Source: Antedon mediterranea
Taxonomy: Eukaryota > Animalia > Echinodermata
NCBI RefSeq assembly: GCF_964355755.1
Contig: NC_092671.1
Location: forward strand, 20,832,001 to 20,896,000
Direction: 5' to 3'
DNA: 64,000 nucleotides
Below the pieces are notes generated by a model. The model did no database searches. It had not been told where the DNA came from and saw only the letters and a list, made by a program, of their open reading frames with translations. Positions 48,715 to 60,462 of this stretch are shown piece after piece. Every line of letters starts with the position of its first letter. Positions within the stretch are counted from its first letter, which is position 1. The translations under genes and the position numbers were made by a program.

Positions 48715-51700
48715 CTGTTCTCGACGATGGTTTATGGCCCCACCTCTAGGTTATGCTGCACGATTTGCGTCTGCAGAGGAAACAGGACCTGAGATTCCCA
48801 AGGAATTGTCAGACAGTATATACTTGCTCCATTCTCCAATGGATGAGAATATGCAACTGAAGCTTTCTAAAGCATATCTGGTTCCAGATAATGCAAAACC
48901 ACTAATAGTGCCCGAAGTGCCTAAAGACCTTGATTTTCCGGATATCCAGTCCCACAGAGTCAGGATATCCGGAAAATCAAGGTCTTTAGATCTGAAGCTT
49001 CAATGGATACAGAAGCCTCTAATAAAAGGCATCACAGCTCTAGCCCATGCATTGCAGTTATTGGGACTACGAAAAGAAGTCCTAAAATTGGAGATTAACA
49101 AGGATTATAGACATCTCTGTAAGCCGACTACAAAACCAACAAAACTTCTGTTCGGAAATTTTGGAAACTCTGTAAAACGGCTTGATGAAGAGAGGAAGGC
49201 AACATCCAGACTCCTAAACAAAAAGGGGGATCGAAATCAACAATACAAGCAGCAGAAGAGGTATGATATATACCAACTCATTATGAAATAGTGGGAGGTC
49301 GACTGAAGTCATACTTACCTGCTTAGAAAAAGCTAAATTCCGATCTATATATTTTAAATGCTGTCACTGGCTATAAAATAGAATTTTGTAAACAAATTCC
49401 ACAATATTTAAGGGGAGAATTCCTCATCCATATATAAACCTGAGTGTTATAGAAATGGCTGTGATTGATGAACAAGTCTTACTGGATAAAGGAGTAATAA
49501 AGTCCAAATTTATTTGTAAGGCCAAAAAAGAATGGAGGTTTTCGAACTATCCTTGATCTCTCAAAGTTAAATAAGTATGCTACCTACAAACATTTTAAGA
49601 TGGAAACATTCATTTTCAAATGCACTCACACATAGACCAAGGGGTAGACATGACCTCAGTAGACCTGACCTCAGTAGACCTCAAAGATGCTTATTATACA
49701 GTTCCCATAGCATATTCAGACGTAAAGTACTTAAAGAGTCTGGAAAGGGAATCTTTATGCACTTGGGGCATTACCTAATGGCTTAAGCACAGGGCCAAGA
49801 CTGTTTACGAAACTACTAAAGCCTCCACTAGCATATTTAAGAAGTAGAGGCCATATTGTCCTAATTTATATTGACGATATACTTGCACTATTAATAAGTG
49901 TCGATAGATAAAGATATTTAATGACTGTCATGAAATAATTACCTGTCCAGACTACTATTAGACAGGTTGCAAGCCTGCTAGGAAAACTGGTAGCTGCACT
50001 CCCAGCTGTGGAATATGGCAAATTACAATACAGGGCCCTTGAAAAAGATAAAATTATGTCCCTGAGACACAATAAAGGCCACTATGACAGAACAATGAAA
50101 CCATTAATGAGAATGGCAGAGCAGACATTACCTGGTGGCAGCACAATATATATTATGTGTATAAACATATATCTCATGGTGACCCAAACCTTGCATTCAA
50201 AACTGATGCTTCGGAATTAGGGTGGGGAGCAACTGATGGCACTAATCACATTGGTGGGAGATGGTGCCAGAATGATTTACAAAATGCATTTGTAAATGAT
50301 TCACTTAACGTTAATTATTTGAAGTTACTGGCAGCTTTTCTCGGACTTAAGTCACTCATAAAAGATGTACCGGTATCTAATACACGTCCAATTAAAAATA
50401 GATGACACTACGGCAATAGCCTATATCAATAATATGGGAGGAGCAAAATCTAACACTTGCAAACATCATGATATGGCAATGGTGCACAGACCATAACATA
50501 TGGCTTTCTGCAATCCATCTTCCGGGGATAGATAATTTAATTGCGGATAATAAATCACGTCACTTTGATGATGAGAAGGAATGAATGCTAATAAAGATTT
50601 GTTAAACATTTTTTTTAATGAGTTTGGATTTATTTGCATCTAGAAATAATGCACAGCTTTCTAGATATGTGTCATGTAAACCTGACCCGGATGCGTCAAA
50701 TGTAGACACATTTAACTGAAACTCGGCAGGACTTAACTTTTATGCTTTTTTGCCATTCTGCGTAAATGTATTCAAAAGATTTCAAATGATAAGGCTACTG
50801 GAATAATGGTAGTTTCTGATTGGCTGACGCAATAGTACCCTAAGTTATTATCGATTATGGTTGGGAAACTTTTAAAACTACAAGGTGGGCGACTATCTCT
50901 TATACTACCAGGAATGAACAAAGTTCACCTACTTTGTAATAAAATCAATTTTTTTGCATGTAGATTATCCGGAGATTTCCCGTATAGAAATAGAAGGAAA
51001 CAGTATCAATAATGAAACAGCCATCAACGTAATCCTGAATTCTTAAAGACGGTCATCCTTAAAGCAATACGGAAGCTATATAGAGAGATGGGAAGCTTTT
51101 GCAGCCACAAAATTAGTCGATCCGCTTAAAGCAGACGTAGGTCTTGCTTTAGAATTCCTCACAATGATATTTGAATCAACAAACAGTTACTCAGCAGTAA
51201 ATACAGCACGTTGTGCACTATCGTCATGTTTGTTCCTGGAAAACGGCCAAACGATTGGCTCACATAATTAAATTAGTAGATTTGTAAAAGGAACATTTAA
51301 TCTAAAGTCACCCATAACGAGGTATACTGAAATATGGGACATTAAAAGTGGTATTTAATCACATTAGGGAGTTACTGTATACCCTATACAGAGTTTATCT
51401 TTAAAGCAACTCACTCATAGACTCTGTATGCTTATGGCTTTGTTATCGGCCCAACGCTGCCAAACCATCTACTAATTAGGGTAGACAAAATGATCACTGA
51501 AGCAGATGGTGCCATTTTTTATGTTAATGATTTGTTAAAGCATACAAAACAAAATAATAAGAAAGGCTCAAGAATTATTTTTAAAACATTTGCGCCAGAT
51601 AGCAAAGTATGCGTTGTAACTACCCTTAAGGAATACATTAAACGTACAGCCACCTTAAGAGGTGTTAATAACCAACTTTTGTTAAGCTACATAAAACCAT

Positions 51701-51940
51701 ACAACCCTGTTTCTAAAGATACAGTTTCACGATGGTTAAAAGAGTTTTTACATGAATCCGGTGTTGACGCTTTGTTTAAGGCACACTCTACTAGAGCAGC
51801 AGCTTCTTCAGCAGCAGGGCATATGTCAGTCCCGATAAATGAAATTATGGCTGCTGCAAGTTGGAATTCTGAAAAACCTTCAGAGAATATTATAAAAAAC
51901 CTATTTTACATACAATGAGCATGGAAAACTTGTTAAGTAA
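48715..51940 (+). mobile_element. Decayed DIRS1-type tyrosine-recombinase retrotransposon
   Basis: Gag-like ORF 48734; RT GFRTILDLSKLN..HFKME, DLKDAYYTVP, LPNGLSTGPRLFTKLLKP, IYIDD; RNase H KTDASELGWG..N.L.LLAA, D.TTAIAYINNMGG, HLPGIDN.IAD; methyltransferase-like DLFASRNNAQL; YR SAQRCQT, VSRWLK, HSTRAAASS..W.SE. Confidence 0.92.
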
Positions 51941-52419
51941 AACTTTTGAGATATGTAGGTTCTCTCTCTTTTCTTTACGATACTTGTATTATAACACTTA
52001 AGAAGTGACATTACAATGACATATTCAACAAAAAATATTTAGTGAATTATTTTTTCAGGGGGACAATACATCTTTTAACTATTAAAATATATCAAACCAT
52101 TGTCAAAAGGCCTAACTAAGGACTTCTGAAGGCAAATCAAGATGTGGGGATTTCTCAATTTCAAATAATTTTGTTTAATCATGCCTAACATTCTATTACG
52201 TACCTTTTACTACGTGCTAACGTGCTTGATATGACAATTAAAGTTGAGTTTGTTTTCTATAATAACACCGAGATCTTTGTGCTATTCCACATTAGAGTAT
52301 GATTATTAATATGATATGGAAATGGAAAATAATATAAATTTTGTATTAATATTTTTTTAAGCTAATAATTATAATTTTACATTTCTTAACACTAATAAGC
52401 ATAATCCAAGTTTCACACC

Positions 52420-52690
52420 ACCTGCAGTCAGTGAGAATCATCCATACTGGTAATCTGCCAAATCAGTTTCAGTCTCATCGGCGTAAAGCAAGCATTGGCA
52501 TTGCAAATTAAGATTAAGTAGGAAGTAATTTATATAGATAAGTTAAAAAGCAAAGACCCTGAAATAGTACCTTGTGGGACACCAGATTTTACTGGTAGTC
52601 ACCCAGAAAATGCACTTTCTATAATTACCCGTTTCTCTCTATCACTAAGATAATTATTAATAAGTTTTAAAAGATTATCCTTAACATCAC
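52420..52690 (-). mobile_element. LINE RT fragment
   Basis: LLKLINNYLSDREKRVII..SGVPQGT..LYADET. Confidence 0.7.
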
Positions 52691-52984
52691 ATTGAGATCG
52701 ACAATTAATGGATGTGCAAGCAGAAACAATATATATATATAATAAAATCAATTTGTATATTCTATATTGCCCCCAATGGAAACCGAACAATCTTTGAAGT
52801 TTGAGTTTCATGATGAATTGAATCACATGTGCATGTGCTGCACATTGGACAGTTTTGAAATACTTAAAAGAAGGCCTAAAGAACATACTGTAAATAATAA
52901 ATAAAAGTGATATGAGCAATTAAAATTGTTGATATGTTATAGTATTATGTTTGTGATTTCCTGTGGTTAGATAAAGGATGTTTT

Positions 52985-53320
52985 AGACTAGGTCTGCTAA
53001 ATTTATAAACCAATCATAATGTTATAATCTTGGTGGGAAACTTTTGGAGGGAACAGTTTATTCTCCTCTAAAGCCCCTAATTTGCATTTTGAGTATAAAT
53101 AGTAAAATGTTATAGATATTAAGAAGAGAAAATAATATCACAGTAGAAAGATGTGAAACTAGTCTGAAAGTTGTATTTTATTAATACTGTGTTACAAGAA
53201 ATAAAAGTTGTGATGTTGTATGTGGAATCATTTAGCACCGTCGTGGAATTATACGCCTGAGAACACATTACACTCGGAAACAACACCCTACTACCAAATA
53301 CCAAAACCAATAAATCACTA
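52985..53320. repeat. Dispersed copy of sequence internal to the 35463 Helentron
   Basis: Similar to 35636-35985 (tagac.aggtc.gc..aatttgcat..agtataaa..tagatatta.gagaaga..tatacgcctgagaa). Confidence 0.65.
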
Positions 53321-53514
53321 CATTATATATTGTTAATAAATAATATATAAATAATATTGAAGACTGGACTTTCATAAAAAAAATGTCCGTTATCATAGAA
53401 TTATTGCCTTCCAGTTCAGTTTCCAACAAAATGCAAGGAGGAAATTAGAAGAAAAATTAAAAGAAAAAAATAAGGTTCCATAAAACTGATCCGTCAAATA
53501 AATCTTACATTTAC

Positions 53515-53670
53515 CTCAAGTTTATAAACCTTTCCAGTTATTCCTTTGAAATACCTGCTCGTAACCTGAATATTGTTCTTCTTTCGTTCCGTCTTCCATC
53601 CTTCTGTTTCTGATAATATACTTTGAATTTGGATATGGGCTTCCTTGGCTTTTTGTAGGTATGCTTGATC
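53515..53670 (-). CDS. STARD3: STARD3 exon: START domain N-terminus
   Basis: poly-T AG/GTaaat; 156 nt; DQAYLQKAKEAHIQIQSILSETEGWKTERKKNNIQVTSRYFKGITGKVYKLE (START helix 1, GWK.E, GKV.KLE). Confidence 0.92.
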
Positions 53671-53869
53671 CTAAAAAAAAAAATTATCTTATAACCAACC
53701 AAAAACACAATAGAAAAAAGCTTTATTCTATTTTAAGAAATCAATTTAATATAAAATGGGTCTAAAGCTAGCAAAAATTATAGCAATCATGCAACTTGCT
53801 TCAACTGGTATCTTCAACATTAAATTTATCTAGGAGAAAACGAAATATTATAGTGCAACTATACAGTAC

Positions 53870-53982
53870 CTCAGCAGATGAAGCTAGATTTATTGAGCTT
53901 CCTCGTTGACTATTTGGAAGTGATTGAAAATCATCAATCCTTGAACGATACGAACCATACCCGCCACTTTCATCATCAGAGC
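53870..53982 (-). CDS. STARD3: STARD3 exon: acidic linker
   Basis: ttttAG/GTactg; 113 nt, phase 1-0; (G)SDDESGGYGSYRSRIDDFQSLPNSQRGSSINLASSAE; 'GSDDES' follows the FFAT-like motif as in STARD3; frame is consistent with both neighbours. Confidence 0.85.
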
Positions 53983-55399
53983 CTAAAAAATGTGTTTGTA
54001 CAAAATGGAAATAAAAATGAGCAATGTTTAAGAAAAAATGTGGATACCATTAAATTACATTATTATGTGTTTTCATTTGTGATTGAAAGGATTCGGTGGT
54101 TCAGCTAGTGAAAACTTGTTCACCAGGTTAGACCGTTCAAAACTTTGAATCAACAAACACAATACAACATGCTCATGGATCAGATACAGCATGGACCTAG
54201 GACCTGTGGCTTCATCGCTAGCATGCAAGACCCAGACGGTCTGGCCCAGTTTTTAAAACCCTGATTATTTATGGCTGATTTTGATGAGTGAAGAGATTAT
54301 TTAGAGGGTTAAGTTCAGTTTATTTAGGAATACAGTAGGTTGAAAATTTAGGGATTAGGCTAAAGTTCAGTTATGGGTCCCAATCGTCTGTTTACATGCT
54401 TTTTGTTTAGTGTGTTGGGAAAGTACCATCATTGTAGATTCATTTTTTGCCTTTAGTAAACAAACTAGGCCTTAATGATTTATACAAAATTACAGATTTT
54501 TCAACAATTCAAAAGAAGGAAATATCAGGAGGACTGTAGGGCAACTTGCAGTGTTATTTTTAGTAGTCAAATTATTCAAAATAAAAACTTATTATATAGT
54601 CCAGTCAAAAATCACCCTCACCATGGCATAAGCTCGTACCTTGATGAAACTCTTAAACTATCTATATAATAATCAAATCTAAGTATAGTAGTTGAACCAA
54701 AATTATAGGCTCTACCCAGACAAAAATGGTACAAAAGACAAAAATCCAGTTTGGAAAAAGTGTTTATATCGATTTGCTTTTAATTTTTAGTAAAAATTGC
54801 CTGATTTTGACCATCATTTAAACGTGTTTAACAATCAACTGTTTTAAATAGTGCATCTAATTAAAAATATACGACATTCCCAACACGTTCCCAAAATCTG
54901 AATATTGTTTTAATCTGCGAGGTCAAGAAACCAATTTCAAACCAAAATAAATCCAGAAAGGGTCTCACTCAGAATTCAATCATCTGGCAATTACAAAATG
55001 ACAAACTATGTGCTGCTCAGTCGAACAATGGGGCGGAGCAACATACCAAACATGAATAAACGCATCCGATCAGTGCTTTCCAAACAGTCTGCAAACGCGT
55101 CTCTACGACGTTTGTCATAATACAATAGCAAACGTGTCTGAAGGCATCCTTGTCATTAGAAAGAATTTACCGAAGGCTCCTTATTAAAAAGAAAAAAAAT
55201 ATTATTTGGAAACTGGGACTGGCATGCTCAAACCGTAAAGTATGTCTCGAAGAAGAGAGTCTATGGCTATGTTCTGACCCTGACTAATAAACAGACCCTC
55301 ACAAAACAATATATTATTTATTTATTAGAATTAGTTTAATAAGGAAAAAGGTAAACGACATTAAAATTATATAAGTAAGTATGAACAAATATATGCAGA

Positions 55400-55985
55400 G
55401 AACATTTATATCTTTACTCGTGATAATTTGACAAATAAAAATACTTTATACATTTCTTTAAAATGGTTAAGGTTTTACAATCAGTAAGTATATCATCTAA
55501 ATCATTCCACAGAGTTGGTCCTGAGAAGGTTATACAGTATTTAGATTTGGTTAACCTAAGTGGTACAAGCATCTCACATGGAATTCTAAAATTATATTTG
55601 TTAATGTCAGTAGCTGTAAAAAATAATTCAAGAATAGGTTTTTGGGTAGTGAGCTTTATAAGTTTAAACATAAAAATAGAGATTTGAATGTTATGGATCT
55701 CAGTGATTTTGAGAACATTTAATTTCTTAAATAATGGTTCAGAATGAAAATCAAATGGAGCTAAATTATGCATAATTGAATAGTTTATGAAGATGAGATG
55801 GGTAGTCAGCTGCCCAAATAAGGTTACAGTAATGTGGGGGAGTACAAGTTGTATTAAGGGACATTTATTACACCAATAAACTCATGGAAACCTTATTTCC
55901 TATATAATGTTGATGACCTGTCCAATTTAGATGTTCATGTATCAAAACACCCAAGAATAATATTTTACTTTTTCTAGTGATTTTA
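55400..55985 (-). mobile_element. 3' portion of a LINE ORF2
   Basis: HSEPLFKKLNVLKI..FMFK..Y.FR..CITFSGPTLWNDL; upstream YCNLIWA. Confidence 0.75.
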
Positions 55986-55999
55986 ACTCCATAATATAA

Positions 56000-56810
56000 A
56001 AATAACGTTTAAAAAAGAAAGACATTTCGACTCCATCATGGGGTCATTATCAAGTCCAATGAATAAAATTTAAAACAACAACTAATTAAATAGCACAAAC
56101 CAAGGATCAAACTTTAAATAACAAAAGACCTATTGTCTAACATCCTGTCAAATGAAAAGCTTAGCTTTTACAGAGTCACTTTGTTTATTCAGACTAGGTT
56201 TTAATTGTCTGATATACAACATTTCATAGATAAGACAGTCAAATTTGTTTTTGCATTTCCCAAGTATTTCCTAACATGAATTAATTTTACTTGGATTAAC
56301 AATCACGTTATGATCCTTTAAATGCTGTCCTAATAAGCATCTACTATGTTCAACAATACAATAGTAGAGGTGTCGGCATGTATATCCAACATAACTTGCA
56401 TCACACAAGTCACATTTAAATTTATACACAACTTATAATAGTTGGTTTCTTTTCGACTTTCCTAATGTTATCTTTAACTTTTTTACTTATGAAAACAGGG
56501 AAAATGTTTTTGTTTATCTTGTGACTTAGTTGGCATAGTTGTCGCTTGACGGAGTTCGCAGATTTCTGGTCTTTGAATGGCAGGATGAATCGTACTGGTA
56601 TTTCGGTTTTATTATCTGTTTCGCCTTCTGCAGTGTTGTTATTGCTCTCTGTTGGTTTAAAGTTCTGTATGGTTGTTGTTATTAGTTCATCTGGATATTT
56701 CAGACGCTTAAAAATCTTCCTTAGATTTTCACATTCATCATTAAAAAGTTGGTGGGTCGACGATAGTCTGTAAGCCCAATTTAACATAGTTATAATAAGT
56801 GACCTTTTCA
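56000..56810 (-). mobile_element. Penelope-like element 3' end (RT thumb, GIY-YIG endonuclease, pLTR)
   Basis: RSLIITMLNWAYRLSST..FNDEC..L..IF.RLKYP..LPFK; YKFKCDLCDASYVGYTCRHL..IVEH; KCKNKFDCLIYEMLYIRQLKPSLNKQSDSVKAKLF. Confidence 0.9.
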
Positions 56811-56884
56811 GCGGCGGCTTTGTGTAACTCTCTTCATCTATATATGAATTTACGTAAGGGCAAAATTTTGAGTTTGAGTAAGAG

Positions 56885-58000
56885 TTTGATAATTATTTAT
56901 TGACGATTAAAAACGAATTTAGGTTCAACGATTGGCCCCAAATAGGGGTGTTTTCCGATGGTGGTATACACTGTCTAATGCATGTCTTGAAAAATACCTG
57001 CATATAATAATACGAGGATGCTTCGCATTTTCCTATCTCCTCCTACGATAATTGATTTTAATGGCTGAAAACCGGTTGAACAGCTAGAGTACATCATCAT
57101 AATGTTGAAGACAGGCAGATTTTCTTTAAAAAATACTATTTTGATAGATTTAATATACGTTTATACAAATGTATTGATTTGCGATGAATGGAACATTCCA
57201 ATCTATCAGACTCCCAGTTTGTAGGTAAATTTACGAGTCCTTGTTTTAACACAAGTAGGTAAATTTATGGGCCCTTGGAGAATAAACTTAAAACTGAGAT
57301 ACGTAGTATTGCAATTATTAAAAATACGTATTAACCCTTTTTGGTCGCCATTTGAATCAAAATTTTCTTACTGTGAATGTGGTTACTGTTAGATATATAA
57401 ACACATATACAAAGAACAGTTATTACTATGACTGTGGGTAGGCTCTACTTCTGGATATATAAACACATAATATACAAATAAAAACTGTATTACTGACAGT
57501 TGCTTCTCACCGTTTGTATCAATTAATAATTATAATTATATCGTTACATGTACTTTACTATTTCAATCGAATATAACAGGGACAGTTTAAAAAAGTATTA
57601 AATCGAAAATGTTTAACTGTATTTAGTGGTATATTATTGATAGGCCTATAAAACATTTAAAACATTATTTCGTTACTGAGAGGATAAAGAATATATTTTA
57701 AAATTGTTCTTCCCATACTCCTCCCCATCCCTCAACTCTAATGTTATATACAGAACACAAATTGGGTTTATTTAAATGAGTTCAAATACAAAATTTGGAC
57801 TCAAGTTTCTCCTTCGGAAGTAGGCCTAATTCCCAGGGTGCTAATTTTAGTTGACTACATAAATCATTGTGTCTGTTTATTCGTTTCAGTTAACGACAAT
57901 GTACTATAGTCATGCGGTACGTACATTGAAATCGCCGGTTTTTTTACGCTGAAATTACTGTGTATTCGAGAACCATCTGTGAACACGACCATCTAGTGGT
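56885..58000 (+). repeat. Unclassified interspersed repeat, inverted counterpart at 60463-61565
   Basis: 57060-57210 is the reverse complement of 61415-61563; 57490-58000 is the reverse complement of 60463-61005; 56890-56918 is the reverse complement of 61037-61068. Confidence 0.8.
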
Positions 58001-58667
58001 TATAATTAGTAAATATAGGGAGCTCGCATTAGTGGAACGTCTTCCTCCAACAGCGTTATAATGTTACTATATGTAATTAATGATTGATGCAGACAGTTAG
58101 TCTGTGCATACAAGTGTCTGAAACTTAAGGTTTCTAGAAGACATGTATTAACGCAAACATTTTTATGGATTTCAGTCCCCCGTTAGCGTTTTTACAGACA
58201 AATGACACAGAAAGGTAAGCTCAGGGCTGGATAGCCAAGGCCAATTCAGTTGTCCACCAAGATGAGAATGATTAAGAACAGATTAAATTGGGGAATTCAG
58301 GTCAACAAACAAATTCACTACCAGAGTAGCTCGCGTCGAATGAATATCCTCTCGTGGACGGTCTTCAGGCCTCGCTTGACATTGTCTAGTTGCTGCATTA
58401 ATTGTCTTTCTGTTTTTGGCAGAATCTGTTAATACAAATTATGGAAAATCTGCGTGCAGTGCATGTTGGTATTTATAGCAGGCTGCTTAAATTATTTGAA
58501 TTGATTTATATGTCACATTTTCACAATTTAAACACAGAAAAAAAAATTATCGCAATAGGCCCGTATAGTATTTAATTTTTTATAAAATTTGTCTTTTGAC
58601 CTTAAATTAGATTGAAAAAAACTTATGCCATGGTGAGGGTAATTTTTGACTGGACTAATATCATTAC

Positions 58668-58787
58668 CCCTTGGAGAGTCTATTGGCGAATAGAATGGTT
58701 GGTCAGGAATACTATCTTGATTTAATTCTGGATGTAAAAGAGCAGTTCTCTCATTTTGAGTTGCAGAATGCAAAATACGAGAATTAC
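58668..58787 (-). CDS. STARD3: STARD3 exon: linker with FFAT-like motif
   Basis: ttttcAG/GTaatg; 120 nt, phase 1-1; NSRILHSATQNERTALLHPELNQDSIPDQPFYSPIDSPR; FYSP.DS resembles the STARD3 QFYSPPES motif. Confidence 0.9.
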
Positions 58788-58849
58788 CTGAAAAAATAAA
58801 AATTTATAATTATTGTGTACATATTCTTCAATTTTAAACATATGGATTA

Positions 58850-59400
58850 AAACGGAATATCATAAGCTACTGAATCTAGTGAGCGAACAATTACAGTTAT
58901 GAATACTAAGCTTGATTTATTTTTAACTAAAATGAACTCAATTGATGAATCGATGAAGAAACTTAAAATCAAGAACTATGAAATTGAAAGATACCGTTAT
59001 TGTGAATATTATACTGAATAAATCACTTGATTATTTTGAGGAAACAATATTAACATCAACAACTAACCTCGAAAAAATGGCTGCTATTATTACATCATTT
59101 GTATTGAAGTTAAAGTTAAAACAAAGAATACTTTGTTTTCAGTCGTATATAGACCTCCAAAAAATGTTTTAAATCATATACTGAACATTTATCTACACTA
59201 CTTGATAAGGTTAATAATGTAGCGATTTTAACATTGATTTGCTAAAATCCGATTCTCACAATCTAACATCTGATTATTTAGGAAATATATTGTCATCTCA
59301 CCTATTTCTTAACATAGACAAACCGACTGAAATAACAAAAACATCTGCATCCTTAATTGATCACATTAATACTCCAACATTCTTGATTGTAATTTAAAAT
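58850..59400 (+). mobile_element. LINE endonuclease remnant
   Basis: VVYRPP (~59143), DFNIDLLK, IDKPTEITKTSASLIDHI. Confidence 0.7.
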
Positions 59401-59580
59401 ATGGTATAATGTATTATGATGCATATTTTTCTTGCAAAGATAAAATATTTATGACTAAGAACTGATAGTAAATTCAAAGAACTTAAGGTAAAATGAAAAG
59501 TAACTGAAATATAGTTAAATAACCTGGACACAAAAAGTGACTCACTATCATCCTTTGGCTTGTATAATAAAAACTTATAC

Positions 59581-59728
59581 CTTCTTTCCATTTTCTTTCT
59601 TTTGGCAAAACCTTCAAATCTAGAATCCACACTTCTATCCATGCTGAGACAAAACAGCTCAGAAAAATAATATACTCCATAACTTGGGCATCAGAATCTG
59701 GTGTACATTCATGCTTTAAACTTTTACT
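59581..59728 (-). CDS. STARD3: STARD3/MLN64 exon: C-terminal end of the MENTAL domain
   Basis: tttttcAG acceptor and GTat donor; 148 nt; translates SKSLKHECTPDSDAQVMEYIIFLSCFVSAWIEVWILDLKVLPKERKWKE, matching the MENTAL motif 'SFVLAWLETWFLDFKVLPQE'. Upstream exons were not found in the window. Confidence 0.9.
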
Positions 59729-60462
59729 CTGAAAAATATAAATAGAAAGGTTTCTTTGTAAAAACTAATCAAAACTGTACACAAAAATGTATGAAAAGCA
59801 AATTTACTAAAAACTTAAATGTTATTGTTTTATTTGTAGCATATGTTTAAAATTACACCAAAATTGGATTTCCTAAAATCATGGACCTATAAATGGAATG
59901 CCACGGAGACTGTACGGTCCATTTTTGTTCTTGACATATGTGAATAGTGACAAGCTCCATGTTGTTTCCTTCATCTACATTGTTTTATTCATATAAATCA
60001 TTAATTTTTACAATTTACCTTTAATACTGAAATGGCAAAGATATGTGCTTGGTTTACTGCAATTAATATATTAAATGTTTGCATGGCAAAAATCAATATG
60101 TTGATAAAAGTTTGTGATACATGCAGTTCTGATGAAAAGAACTGCAAGCTTCTCTCAGAAACTCAAGAAATCTTTTCACAACTACATACACAGTGCTCGC
60201 AGAATCGCCGGCCCGGTGTCCCAGGGCAACCAAACATTTGCGTCATGGCTAAGTATTTGGTTTGTTTTACTTCATACTTGATTCTCGCCTCTTTTGAGGG
60301 CAAAAGAGTAATCAATCGGGGAAGTTTCCATGTCCCAGTGGGTTGGTTTGTTTGTTGGTTTGTATTACTAATATTCCTCTCCTCATTAGTCTGTCTGTTG
60401 GTTTGTAATATTTCTGTCCTCATTGGTGGTGCACGGTTTAGGCATATCAATGAATTGCGTAC

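Noticed and set aside
51490-51918. Tyrosine recombinase suggesting a phage integrase or prophage
   Set aside because: Collinear with gag, RT, RNase H and methyltransferase-like remnants, which identifies a DIRS retrotransposon.
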